NCBI GenBank assembly: GCA_000934665.2
Contig: KZ538113.1
Location: forward strand, 1 to 64,000
DNA from: Catajapyx aquilonaris
Lineage: Eukaryota
DNA: 64,000 nucleotides
Reading direction: 5' to 3'
The translations under genes were made by a program, and so were the position numbers. Each line of letters starts with the position of its first letter. The stretch's first letter is position 1. Positions 37,161-50,348 of this stretch are shown one piece after another. Below the pieces are notes generated by a model. The model did not search any database, was not told where the DNA came from, and was given only the letters and a program-made list of their open reading frames with translations.

Positions 37161-40100
37161 AAATAATATATTATAAAAAGATAACTAATATAAATAAGAC
37201 GCACACAATGAATCTTTACATTCATGAATATAAAATGGAGCGAGATGAAAGTACTGCCTGGCTCATAGTTCAGCTTATCAATAATTGACTTCTTTGATTT
37301 CCAAAGCGCATGTCCAATTAGCAAGTACGCTGCACGTGTATAAGCAACAACAGTCATTAGTGCCATATCCCTTAATGACATAGCCTGTAGACCACGTCAC
37401 TAATTCATGAGTCCAGGAACATGCACAGCCAATGGGCATCGGAGCAAATGAATAATTCCGCACAACCTGGATACAACCGCAGACTAATTTGGGCAAGATC
37501 CGGCCTCAAACAGAGCACACAATTTGCACAAGTTTCCGAAACGCGCCACAAATGCAGGTTAAAGAATTCGCCCCTTAGGATCAATACGTGCTGCCTAGAC
37601 ACAAGTTGAAAAAAAGCTTGATGACATTTACATTACGTGTCGTCGACCTCCCCTCACCTCTCTAATAATAATAAAAAAAAGGTACAGTGCACGGGGACAA
37701 TAATCGCGCCACGCCCCACCCCCCCTCTATAAATCCTAATAACCCAGTCGGATATTAATAACCCGTCTCTCTTATAGTAGGGGGGGTCAATCTCCTATAA
37801 CGGTCGCATGAGTTTTGTCTGATATTGTTCAAAAAACCGCCGTGTTTCTTTCCTTCCCCATCAGAGTGGAAAAGGGAACCCCCAGTAGAAAACATGGCAA
37901 GTGACGTCATTCCGGTGCTTTTCACGCTAGTGGGTCACGCTCCGCTGACTTTTTTGGCAAAAGAGGGAAGTTTACATTCAGTACAGGCTGGTACACTGCC
38001 CAAGTCCACAGTTCAACACGTTGTTTGCAGAATCGGGAGCCAACAAACAACGTTCGAACCAGCCACCATGTATTTTTTTGCCTATTGCAACCAACTGCTA
38101 ATAAATAATAATTGGCAGAGATTAAGGATGCGCCTTCCATGTGAGAAATAGGGTACTATGTGGACAGTCGGGAGGGCAGGGCAGTGTTGCCAAGTTTTCA
38201 ATATAATTAATTTAATTAATTAAAGGGGGCGACCTGCGGAGTTCCAGGTCCATACAAAGTGCGGTGTGTTTGTATCTCCGAAATTTGGCAACCCGTTGGG
38301 CTTTTGGGACCCCCCATAATAAGGAGCACAGAAATGTTGCTATGGCCCGCAAGTTTTGGTGGTGTACGAGTATAGGGAGGGCCAAAGGGGGCGATGCGGT
38401 AGATGCGCTTCCGGGGGCGCCTGGAGATGCGCACTCAAGATTTAATCACTGGGCCGTTAAGGATGAAGAGCAAAACATGAACGTTGCCAGGCGCCAGGTT
38501 TCCGCAATTATTTGCAAGCGCGGATATTTCAATATCCAGGGTCCTGAAGGTTTAAAGAGCAGCCGAGGGGGTCAGAGTGTCCAGATCCGGAAATTGCCTG
38601 AAAATACGGCACAGCTATAAACAAACTCAGTGAAATTTGCGCATAAAATAATATAATCACTCCTTAACCTTATAAGCAACGATTTTCTGCTCAATTCGCC
38701 TTTTTGTACAAAAATTGATTTACCAGTTGTGTGCGTCAAAAATTAGTCACAATAATTGAACTGCTCCTCACTCAAAATGCGAGCGATTTGTTCCTTCCTA
38801 TAGAGGGAACTTGACTCATGTTCTTCGGAAAACCGGTCAGGATGAGTCAGGAAACTATCACTCACTTCTCCAGCGGAATTTGCCATCTAAATATTTTCCA
38901 GCGAGGAGGAATCTTCCGCACGCGAATCCCAGTGTCGGAGGTGCACCGAGCAAAATTTTAATGAGCAACCCCCCCTTGTCCAAAGCTATACATTTGGGTG
39001 TTAAAATTTTGTCGTGCTTTCTTGTTATACAACACTGTTTTTTTAAATTCCCACGAGTGTTCATTAGTGTTGTTCAAACAAGTTGATTGGAACACCCAAT
39101 GGGGGCGAATTTGATGACTTACGCTTATTGACAGGGGGTTGTTACATAATTTTTTAGCCAGCTCCCCGGAAACGGTGAAAAAAAAAAAGTTGGGCATCAA
39201 AGCATTCCGGCTGTCCATAAAAAATGGACCCTTGTTGTTTTCCCAAACTGGTGCTATCTACAACATCAACCTCCACGCTGTCCAAGGAGCAGAAAATAAA
39301 ACACAATGGAATCCCACTGGACAGGCCGAAGGTTGGGAGCCTGGTGAGAATATATAAAAAAAAGTACGAGGCTGGCGTGGGAGCTCGAATATTTAATTCC
39401 CACATTTAATCCGGCCACCTCATCATGGTGCACTTAAGTCAGTACAGTGACCATAGATTCAGCCAAGGTCAGGTGAATGGTCAGGCTGATTGATTGTCAC
39501 GCTTCAACGAAGACAATACGGGACTAGAAAGGTTTCAACGGACCGGTCTGCATGAACAAAAAATTGGTCAAATCTCCGATTATGTGGAGGGTTCACAATT
39601 AGCTACAGACTATATACTCCGTCATGTCGTGCCGTTACAGAATTTCGGAAGGAAGCAGAGTGCGCTATGTCCATACGAATTTTTCATAAATTGTATACAA
39701 GAGAGTACAGAACTTTCCAGAACTGATCATTTTTTTCCCTTATCAGTTATCAACAAGAAACGAGACTGAAAACATTCTATGTCATTGTTGTCCTATTTGA
39801 ATTCCCTTGGCAATAAATGAGAAAAAGGCGTGATTTGCCAATCTTGTTTTTCACTCTTACTCAACAATTTGTATAATACTGTAAAAATGATTTTATCACG
39901 AACTGTTGCCGTGTGAATGTTCTCAATCAACCTAGAAGGTCTTGGGCGAATTATCCTGTGCAATTTACAATTCTGATCTCCATTAAATCAGAGGCCTGAT
40001 CATGCAACTTGACTCACTTACCAAACTGACACTCTCCTCAAAGTGCAGTATAAGGAAAGGGGGTTGATAGGAGTAGGAAGGAAAGGGGTTTGAAACTAAA

Positions 40101-43100
40101 TTAGTGCGGGTATCCTCTCAAGGCATTGGAGAAACCTTGTACTTGAGAGTCCGCTTTTGAAAGCACCAAACCCATACCCACTTCCAGAAACTTGCACTTG
40201 CCAAGCCAAATTGCTCCAGTCTCCGAAAGTCTCAAAATGTAATAACCTAATTCCTGCAGAAATTTCCCCTCCCCCCAGTCAGTCCTGGAGTAAGTTTCTA
40301 CCCTCACGGACACACACCTTTACTCGAATCCCATCCAACAGAGACGCCAATCAGGGGAAAGGATATATGCTATCATTTGAGACTTCCCCACCAATATACG
40401 GATGCAAATATTTCCTATTTGCACACTAAGCTTATTTCGAGATTCCCGCAGACTCCAGATTGGATCCGCAACTTGCGCAATTCCAACACTATTATGTAAA
40501 CACTGCGTCAAATCGTATCTTCCTGCTCTGTTATTCAAGGTGCTGTCCTGTGCGACAGACGTGGACACGACTTTCCCACAGTAGATATTGGCACAAATTT
40601 TTTTTGTCGAAAAGTTACCTAGGGAGGGAAGGAAAAATAAAATGGCGAGAGATTTTTTTTTTTCTGTCTCTTTCTAAACGAGGTCGAACGAGTTGCGTCG
40701 AGCGTGACGGACTAGCAGTTCATCATTGTTGCTGCCGCTGGGATCCTCTTTTGCTGGTTTTCGGGAGAGGTAGGGATGTCACTACCACTCTCTCTCCGGC
40801 TTGGAAATGGAGCGCGGTATCATAATGTGGAGGGAAGGTCGTCGCGGTGGGGACAAACATGGCTGCCCCCAATGTATTTTTTTCTCTCTCTCTCTCTGAG
40901 GGTTAAATGGAGAAGCTGAGCAGATGTAATCAGCTTCTGTCGCGGCTTGTCAGTTGAAGGCAGCTTGATCCGGACTAAAAATGGCGGCGCTGTATCCACG
41001 TGACCTACTTCATTAAAATGGGACGGGAGTATTTTTAGAGCCAATTATCTCGGTAACGAAGCGGCGTGTGTCAAATGATATCTCTACATAAAGCGATCCT
41101 CTGGCTCAGACGAGTCCGATCGGTTAGTTGGCATCATTATGGAACACCCTGCATCGTACAGTACATGGGATATTTGCGCAACTGCAATCTTACATGCAGG
41201 ATTCCCTTGCTATAGCTAACGAAGGTTCCGGGATAAGCGAGGATGAAGCATAATCAGTTCCTATTGTACCCAATCGGCCGGAAGTCGGCATGAACATGAA
41301 TCGAAGGCTGCAGGGGTTGCAGAAGCGTATCATCGGAAATGCTTGCAAAATGAAGCGAGGTGCCAAATAATGAAGGACAAACATGCCTCCCCCCTGCATC
41401 TCTCGGGAGCGCTGCTTTTCTTTGCTTGACGCCGTTGACGGATGACGGAGAAGCAAACATAATCAGCAGCACATTGTGTTGCTACTGTATACGACCCACA
41501 AGCTGCGGAAGTCTTCAAGGGCCTTTTCGGCAGCAAAAGAGGCGACTATGGGAACACACGGCTTGCACGATCTAAAAATATTTGAATATTAGGCCAAGCC
41601 ACTTCCTTATCTGCAGAGCTGTAACACACGGGTGCGAAATGCTTCCTGGGACAAACAACACACTCGGTTGCATGTGCGAAAATCTATTCTAGGTCGGAAA
41701 AGATAAGCGTCTCATGACAACGTAGCCAAGGTGCTTCTCTGCAAGGCCTTTTGTCACTTGCAACAGAAGCCGGATATACTCGAGACCACGAAAAAAGTAA
41801 CGATATTTCTTATGTTTCAATTGAGCTGGGTTCACACCGAGGTCGTTGTTTTTGGGGGCAGTGTATGATTTATCTCACTGTCATCCCTAGAAACTTGACG
41901 TGCCTCGTACTTGTCACCCAGTAATAATCCTCAGACGTTGCTCTCGGCATTAATATAACCCAGTCGCACGGGGGGCTGTCAGGTGAGCAGAATAGAGCAG
42001 GACGACACCCCAATAGCCGGGTATTGTCTCTTCCAACAAAGTAATGAGTCACACGGGGCGTTGGCCTCTTTTTCGAAAACGCTCAGTGGTGCATTTTGTC
42101 TCCGAACAATAGGTCCTGCACCGATGTTACTCCCGAAATTTTACTCTCTCGGTTTAATGTACGGATCGACTTTCTTTTCCAGCATCACTTTCCCTTCATC
42201 AGACTGTTGGGAGGGCGATACATCCTGTGCCTCATCATCATCATGTTTCGCAGGCGAATCCGAACCGCTCGCCCATAAATAATACTCTATCAAAGATGAA
42301 ACCTAATTACGGCCAGAGCACCAATCCGCGCCTCCCATGCCAGCCATTATTAGGAAAAAGCGGTTCGTTGTACAATTTCCGGCTTGGCTAATCAAGGACG
42401 GCAGGGTAAAGTCAACACACACCTTGTGAAACGGGGATGCCCCCTCTAAAAATTGCAATTTCTGATCGCAGTCTTGGAGCCATGACAGCTACTTAACCAC
42501 TTGTTAAGCTAACGGCCGTTTAAACGAGCTTAAATGGTTCCTAGCCTACATTTTGCAAAATCATGTAAAAAATGTCCGTATTTTAAAATTACTTTCGGTG
42601 TTGTTTGTTTGAAAAAATACCTATTAGTTTTCCAGCTATGGGCTATCCATAAGATAATATTAATTACCGTATACGTTATCGTCCTGCCCTCTGACGTCAC
42701 TGTTCCCAAACAGATCAGCGCAGAGGCAGGAACGCACCCGAGCTGCTTTGTTTCTTTCTTTGTTACCGACGAATTGAATGACCGCCAGTAAAGCGGGTGG
42801 ACCAGTCTGTTTACGTCACTATCGTGCTAACTATCATCGGGCAGGAGTCGGAATGCGTCCTAGGCCACGCCCTCTTTTTTCGAGCCAATTTGAAATTGAC
42901 TTATCCCTCGATAATTTAGCGAGGAATGATATTTGGGTACTGAAAAGTGGTGGAAATTCCCAAATCCCAGACGAAGGCTCGGACCCCACTGTTGGAAAAT
43001 GTGGCAAGCCGAGCAGCTGCCCTAAACTGTCATGGCGGCCAGCAGTGTTGCCAGATGCGCACATCAGAGTTACCAGACTGCATAGCACTGTTGCCAGATG

Positions 43101-43243
43101 TGTTAGGCAAGGTCGGATGTGTCAGCTTCCTGCAGCAGCCTCCTTGATTTTTATGTATTTCAAGCGCGATTTTTCCCCTTCAGATTGCAGTCACCAGTGG
43201 GCAACCAAGCCTGTCCTCTCCTGCCTGTACCGGTACCCAAGTC

Positions 43244-43479
43244 ATGGCCAGAGGCCGTCTGAGGCGTGGTTGTAGCCTGGAGGTCATCCTGGAGGAAGAC
43301 GGCGATATGCCCGGCCACATGCACCGGACTCACTCTGTGGACTCCCTGGACTCGCTGGAGTACACGGTGTCGGAACACAACGCGTCTCCTCTCTGGCGGA
43401 TCCGGATCGACGACGACCGTCGCGACGCCGACGCCGGAGGAAGACGCGCTCGCAGCCTGGATTGGCTCATATGCAACGG
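43244..43479 (+). CDS. jv: Nested gene, coding exon 1 (MARGRLRRGCSLEVILEEDGD...RSLDWLICNG); probable javelin homologue, identity tentative
   Basis: GC-rich coding-like segment. Acceptor tttttccccttcag just upstream (43183), gtcATGg start, donor GG|GTACGT in phase 2 matching the next exon. Confidence refers to coding status; the name rests on recalled Drosophila MCU/jv linkage. Confidence 0.75.
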
Positions 43480-45766
43480 GTACGTAGACCTTGCCTGTGA
43501 CGTGCGGTTGCGTCATACACGTGTGTACTAAGTGTACATTGCACAACCCGCGATCAGTAGTAGCATTGGTCTACACAATGGACCTGTCGACCTTCGCCCA
43601 TCTGAAAACACCAATGGTAGACACGACTATGAATGCCGAACGCACGATCCGCGCCATTCGGAGGTTCTCGCGGGTTCAGGTCGGATCGACGCTGCTGTTG
43701 TCCCACGTTAAGGATGCAGCCGGTAAGTGCTCTCATTACAACATCCGGAACAATTCGCGTGACGTTGTCAGTTCGCAGTGCCATAGCACAGTACAGAAAA
43801 CCCATAACTGCCCTACTTCCTATAGTTCAAACTATGTACTGTACAGTGCACACAGCATAACTTCTCAAGAAAGGGGATTAGGGACCCCCTTCAACTCCAC
43901 ACCAGCAGACAAGATCAGCTTGGTGGGTACAGTGCGGTACAAAAGAAATACTCATTTGAAACTCTGCCGTGTATGACTTAACCATAGGTCGCAATATTTA
44001 GGAGATTTTTTTTTTTTGAGATGTTATGATGTGGGTACTGTAGAAGTGTCGGATTGTTCCAGAGCGGTTGCTGGGGGTGCGAAGAGGTCGCGTTCGAAAC
44101 CGGCAGCCCAATAAACTCATTTGCACACACCAGTTGATCCTACAAAATGAACGTCGAGCCATTACACCTATGCAAGACCCAAACTTGACGACACGCTATC
44201 GGACTTGTGTCAATCAATTGTTGTGCCTGCCTTTTATTGGCCCCGAAGAGTACAGGATAAAAAAAAAACCCACATCGAAAATCAATGCAACATATAGGTT
44301 CGAACCCCATCCCCGCATGTATACACTCCATGGAGCAATCCACTTTAAAACATTAGCATCAGATTGTCAATGCATTTTACACCGCTCTTATCACGCACCA
44401 TGCTGATAATTCGGGCATCACGCAACGCTAATTTCGAATCGAAAAAAAGCAACCCCTCGGATATAGTAGTTGGGGTGGAGCTCCGCACGGTAGCCACGGC
44501 TAAGCAAAACACAGGCGTGCTCCACATGCCATTCTTGCATTCTTAAATTTCCCAGACCAACATTCCCTCTGGCTCTCTACAGCAGGAAACAATTATTTCA
44601 CAACCGTTCCGGTGTGTCCATCCACACATATAAGCAGAGATCGATCACTGCACGCGTTAGGCCCCCTCACGTGACATCTATGCGCATGTCCACACCTAGA
44701 GGAATGATAATCGTTAGACCAGAAAAGATCCTGTGACACCCCAAAAAATTTCCAAGGGTCTATTTTTGGAGTTGACTTTCAATATTTTTGCCAATCGCAG
44801 ATTATGTGGTATCCTATCTTAAAAGCCGGTTGCATCAACACAAATAATTAGAAGGAACATCTCTGATTAAGTAGAGGCATTCACAGTGGATATAATAGGA
44901 ACGTGTGACTCTCAATGTAAAACAAAATCTCTGAGTAAGTACTGTGGATTCCTGCACATTATCAGTGAATAATTTAGTACTGTATTAGTAGTAATCGATG
45001 CATAATTTACCCTTAATATTTGCTCGTGAAACTGGGTTTTAGGACAGGTTCTTTAAAGACTAAGGAAATTTTCAGTCGTGTCACATTTTATGTTGTGAAA
45101 TTTTTGTGCCTGTACGTACATAAGATCCCATTGTAACAGTGCATTATTATTACTATTACCAAACAATATGCATGTAAAAACAGAATATCATCCATCATTG
45201 TTATGCCTTCTGCGGGCATTTTAAATGTCAAAAATATTACCGGAATAAATCCACAATTTTCATGCCCATATAGTGTTGCAACTCAGGAAGCATGCATCTA
45301 GTTCACTTTATATCCTATTATTATTGCACAGCTTTCACTAAGAATTATTATGCTCATTACAAAACCAGTCCTGGAAATATTGGCTTCTTGTCAGTTGTCA
45401 CACAAACCAGCTGCATTGGCCTTCTACACACAAAAATCACATTGCAAAGTTTGCCAACTCCCGCCCTGTTGCTGGCATTTAATCGCGGATGCCAGAAGCA
45501 CAGCGAGTGTGTGTGACATGCGTTTCGTTTTCTCCGTGTGAAAATCCGTATTCATTGCTATGAAAAAGTAGGTTTACGACAAAATTACGCTCAACAGTGT
45601 AAAAATATGAGTAGGCCTATATTTGCTACAGTCTGTGCGACGTCCAGCACCTGCAATCCTCATTTGAGATCAAAATTCTCCCCCACTTCCTCTAACGTCG
45701 TTTGAATTGACGGTCCTGATCGTAAAACCGCCTCCCGAGTGTGTCACTCATTCACTCTCTCGACAG

Positions 45767-46043
45767 AGACATGGACGTGAACTACTCCCCATGGGACCTG
45801 AATGGAAGCAGCTATGAGGAAGAGCTGGATGTGGACATAACTCCTGACGACTCAACCAACTGCTCCGTCAGTCCAAGGCTGGAGGAGGACAGTCCGGCCA
45901 CCAGGGCCAGGATCAGCAGGAGGCAGATCGCCAGCACCTGGAGCGACAGGGACTCGCCCTGGTTCATGGACCAGGCCAGCATCAACAACGGAGAGTCTGA
46001 AGACGGGACAGACGGAGACGTCACTTTGTCCACCATACAACAG
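45767..46043 (+). CDS. jv: Nested gene, coding exon 2 (DMDVNYSPWDLNGSSYEEELDVD...DVTLSTIQQ); probable javelin homologue, identity tentative
   Basis: Acceptor cactctctcgacag, phase-2 start completes GGA, open acidic frame, donor CAG|GTACAC in phase 0; 277 nt. Confidence 0.8.
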
Positions 46044-46083
46044 GTACACGCACTTGATTAAATTGGGCGCCTCTGGGAATAAG

Positions 46084-46225
46084 CGATGGGGGTCAAACGC
46101 ACTCGCGCATGCGCATACCAGTCCAGCCTAGACCTACTGCGCATGCGCATTATGTTCATTTGAAGATCCTGATGTGTAGGCTGAACTGATGTGCGCATGC
46201 GCAACAGGACGAATCTTCCTCCATG
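46084..46225. mobile_element. Palindromic element carrying three GCGCATGCGCA motifs
   Basis: gcgcatgcgcataccagtccagccta versus taggctgaactgatgtgcgcatgcgc; motifs at ~46105, ~46138 and ~46192. Confidence 0.55.
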
Positions 46226-47689
46226 TTTAACCCAGCCCCATTGCGATTGGGCACATAAACTGAACCGGATCTAGACCCGATCCACTATTTGGTTGCATTA
46301 ACATGGCACAACGTTCAGCCCATGCTCCGGTAGTGGCACGTTTACAGATTAACTAATTGCATTTTTTAAATTACTCCAATTACGAGTAATTTTATAATGT
46401 CCATTGCATTTCAATTTCATGAACGCAATAGTCGGAATTTACGTAGGCCCTACTTTTATTTTAATAATAGCTTCCTATAATTAATCGTTTTCACAATTAA
46501 TTGCTTTGGAAGTTACAATTTACGGGAATGAAAATAACTACTGTGCTAATAACATTGAACTTTTGTGCTATGCCAATTAGTCCGGATATAGCTAACCTAG
46601 TGATACAATTCGACCACCTCATTACATGTCAACATAAAGGATATCCGATGGAGAAACAAACAGTAACAAATACTCAACTGTGCCAACAGAATCAATCAAA
46701 GCCGACATCTAATTAATCAAGGTTGCCAATACTGTACGGAGCAATAATCCAACAGTGGTCCTGCTGTATAGACATGATTTCAGAGAGCTTGTTTTCAGTG
46801 ACCCGATTTAGTTGGGGGAGATGTCAAACTTGGGTAGCGTACCACCCTGTGTACGTAGCGTGCAAAGAGATGTATGTTTGTTAATAAGCTTGCATGTCGC
46901 GCACGTCCGGGTCATACGCAAGGTTCCGGAGGTGTGAAAGCGACGCGTCTTGATGAAGATGGGTCAGTAGAGCACGCGTCAGGGTGAGGTTCACGTCACA
47001 CCTCGCACATATCCCGGATTTTGAGAATAATTTATTTACTCTTACGAATAACAACAACAACAACAACCGTCATCGCCATCATCAGAAGACAATTCCATAC
47101 CCATTTGCTTCATATAGCAATTTTTCGGTCGTTTTTTGTGTCTTGAAGCCAACTGAAAAATGGCAATCGATAGTCATAACCCCGAACTTCACTTTTTTTT
47201 CCATCTCACCCATTATTCAAAAGAAGCCTGTAATAAAATTATTATACCGAGAGGCCATGGGTGAAGTGACCCCTTGGACAGGGTCCTTTTGACCCCCTCC
47301 TCTGTAAATTAAATTAGCGACGGACCACGTACCTCTTAATACGCTGAACTTGAGCAATGTCCAGCCTGCCCGTGCAGGTAAAAGCTTCCCTAATTACCCT
47401 CAGAGTCAGGTGCACACACACATGCATATGCACGCTCGTTCGCACTGCCAAAAATGGGGAGCGTATTTCCACTTGAAACGATCCAACCTGCTCCTAAAAT
47501 TCGTACCACATTCTGAAGCTTTTTTGTTGTACACTACTAGTACGAATATGTAGCTATATTTTAAATATCAATATTAAATGTAAAAATTTCTGTAAGCTGT
47601 TTCTTATCGTTGGACTGACCTGTATTAAAATATTCATACGATTAATTGGCTGTCTTTCTGCTTGTCCGGGGTGAGTCATCGCGGGCATT

Positions 47690-47760
47690 TAGTACTACTA
47701 TCCCTCATACGACCCTGTGAGTGGCAGTAGTGCGCCATCTACGTTATGGATATGGTACTA
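47690..47760. mobile_element. ~70-bp mini inverted-repeat element, copy 2
   Basis: tagtactactatccctcatacgaccctg...gcgccatcta...ggatatggtacta; matches 2571-2640. Confidence 0.6.
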
Positions 47761-47867
47761 GGTAGACAGCCCCGGGCAGTTGTTCACTAGTTGTATCTAT
47801 TTGATTAATTTTATAAGTGCTATTGCGTCAAGGTCATAAACTAAAGTGTATCCCAATTTCCTTCCAG

Positions 47868-49328
47868 GTAAAGAGCATGTTCGAGGAGCGCGTGCGACGC
47901 AACCAGCAGAAGATGGCCAGCTGTCGTCACGGCTCCTTGGAGCGGTCCCGGAGCCAGAACAGCAATCCGGTACCCTCGGTGCACTACTTGGCAGACTACG
48001 ACATACCGGACCTGCTCCTGAACAACAACGTGGTCATAGTGGAGTCACGACCTTCCAGCAAATCGGGAGGGAACCAGAACAAACCCGTGTCAGTGGGCGG
48101 GTTCTGGCCTCCTCCGGGTATCAACCAAGTGTTTCGGGTCACCAAAAAGTCAGGGGACGGCACCGCTGATGGGGCAAAGACAGTACCCAGAACTGTTGGG
48201 TGGCGTCCGACTCGTTTACGGAACAAGGAGCTGGTGGACACCGAGCTGCCCAAACCGGATACGGTCAAGAAAGTACGGAGTGTGTTTGAGAAGACTCTGG
48301 TGTTTGACCGCAAGATGGACGGAGGAGAGGATAAGATGACCGCGGTCAAGTCTAATCCACGGAGCAAGATCCTCAGGTCCGATTCGTTCGAGCGACGAGG
48401 CAGACCAGTGGTGTCCAAGCACAAGTTCGCGACCATACACAACATGATAAGCCAGATCAAGCCGAGGCATCCGCAACAGCTGTATGTCAAAGTGGTCAAT
48501 GGCGACAAGCCTAAAGTTAATAAGGAAGAACCGCCGGAGGTGATCACAGTCGCGGTCAACCCTCCTAATGGTTACAAAGCACCGCCGCCGCCTCTGTCCA
48601 AGACAAGCAGCTGTCCGTCGCTGGTCAACAAGCCTCGAAGCAGATACCATAAGCGACAAACTGCTCCTCCGGTGACAAAGCCGCCACGTAAGGAAGAGTC
48701 AGACGAAGAAGACGACATAATGGACGAGGACGACATGCCAAAGTACATACCAAGAGAGGTCATGGAGCGGATCAGAGCATGCGGTACGTCCATAACATAT
48801 TTCGGCGGACAGGTCGTCTCAGCGGCCACCAAATCGCCGTTGAAGACCTTGGACATAGTCGCTGAGATTCACAAGGGCAGCACGACCCTTCCGATACGGA
48901 AGAACAACCACAACAACAACCAGAACATCCGCGATAATCTGAACAACATCCTGAACAACTATGCGACCTTACCGCGATCCGAGGTCAGCACTCCAAGGAT
49001 CGTGTCGGTCGTGCCCAAGTCCAGGTCGCGACAAGTGGCCTCCATACGTCCCACAGGTTTCAGCGACTCGGAGGACGACTCCAGCCAAAGTCCTGAAAGA
49101 TTCTCCTCATCTCCGTCCCCAGCCTTTTCCTCATCCTCCTCGTCCTCTCCGACCCTCAGGGATCGACCAACCCAGGACAGTAATCACAGGGCAAACATGG
49201 CCCCCAAATTCGGACAGCACTCCGTTACGTTCAATTTCACCGGCATCTCCTCTTCCATCAAGCCCCACGTGCCTCAGAGGAACTCGGAGGAAGACGAGTA
49301 CGGGCATGTGGAAGAAGCCTGGTTCTGA
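47868..49328 (+). CDS. jv: Nested gene, last coding exon (VKSMFEERV...EEAWF*), largely disordered protein; probable javelin (actin-associated) homologue, identity tentative
   Basis: Longest ORF in the window, with coding-like composition. Acceptor aatttccttccag in phase 0. Conserved-looking islands ELPKPDTVKKVRSVFE, PKYIPREVMERIRACGTSITYFGG and HSVTFNF. Spliced total is 1974 nt = 657 aa plus stop. Confidence 0.88.
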   Translation, partial: VKSMFEERVRRNQQKMASCRHGSLERSRSQNSNPVPSVHYLADYDIPDLLLNNNVVIVESRPSSKSGGNQNKPVSVGGFWPPPGINQVFRVTKKSGDGTADGAKTVPRTVGWRPTRLRNKELVDTELPKPDTVKKVRSVFEKTLVFDRKMDGGEDKMTAVKSNPRSKILRSDSFERRGRPVVSKHKFATIHNMISQIKPRHPQQLYVKVVNGDKPKVNKEEPPEVITVAVNPPNGYKAPPPPLSKTSSCPSLVNKPRSRYHKRQTAPPVTKPPRKEESDEEDDIMDEDDMPKYIPREVMERIRACGTSITYFGGQVVSAATKSPLKTLDIVAEIHKGSTTLPIRKNNHNNNQNIRDNLNNILNNYATLPRSEVSTPRIVSVVPKSRSRQVASIRPTGFSDSEDDSSQSPERFSSSPSPAFSSSSSSSPTLRDRPTQDSNHRANMAPKFGQHSVTFNFTGISSSIKPHVPQRNSEEDEYGHVEEAWF

Positions 49329-49698
49329 GAGCAAAAGACTACTGTTAATAAGTCAACAGCAGACGGGCTTTTTGGTGGACGGAAATGACTTAAAAGGAGG
49401 CCTGGACTGGTGGTGGAAAATTTGTAAGCAAACAGAATCAAACGGTGTGATGCTACTGTGGTTATATACTGTAATTATCAGGGAGGGGGGGGGGGGAGGG
49501 TTAATTGCAGATAAATCGTTGAGCCAATACGACAACAGTGACTAATATGAACAATGTACCAACTAAAAGGCACGAGGAATTTCATTAAAAAACTGAGCTT
49601 TAATATTGGTTCCGCGCTATGTCCATATTAAAAAGCGGCTCCATGTCTTTAGACTTCCCCCCCCCCCTCCCCCATTTAAAAATATGTGAAAATCAAAC

Positions 49699-50348
49699 AA
49701 TAAAAAAATGAGCAAGCCCACTCGTACCCGTTATGTTCCTTTAGTCGACTTGCACCCTCCAAACCCGACAAGAATATTGCAAGCCTTCAAGCACTTTCCG
49801 CTACAGCCTCCGGGCCCTTTTGCAAAGTCTCCGGAAAACTTTTGCAACTCATTAGCACAGCGACAAAAGAGCAAGAGGGAGAGAGAGAGAGAGAGAGAGA
49901 AAACTAAACATTCCTCAGAGAACTTCATGTGGTTATAAGGAGACAGCGAAGAAGAAAAGTAAGTTGAAAAAAAATAAAATTTGTTATCCTTTTTCATGAG
50001 GTCGGGTCTGCTTCACAATCTTGAAGGAAGAATCAGACCTACTCGCGCCAAATTATCGCCTCTTTTAATAATAGACCTTGCTCCATATATTTCGAGACAA
50101 TTTGAGCCTTTTTCTGCGAAGCGAGACAGTAAGTGCTGCAATATTCCAAGATTTCGTGTCTACATTTGGTGTGAACTTTTTTGTTCCAATTCTTACAGGT
50201 ACATCGTGGCAACTTCCCTTGAATATTACGACGTAAAATGGAATGGCTTTTAACTATATTTCTTTAAAAAAAAATGTAGACAATGTATCAACAACACTCA
50301 GAACCTCATATTTGCAAGGAACAAATTCATGTAATAGCTAACAATAAA
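49699..50348 (+). terminator. Candidate polyadenylation signals of the nested gene
   Basis: AATAAA at 49699, 49973 and 50343 downstream of the stop at 49328; which is used cannot be told from sequence. Confidence 0.3.

Noticed and set aside
28400..43100. Numerous 60-170 aa ORFs in the large intron
   Set aside because: Low-complexity, AT- or homopolymer-rich translations with no recognisable domains or phase-consistent splice chains; small UTR exons cannot be excluded.
47846..49545. Overlapping alternative-frame and antisense ORFs (up to 194 aa)
   Set aside because: Shadows of the GC-rich coding exon; no independent signals or recognisable domains.
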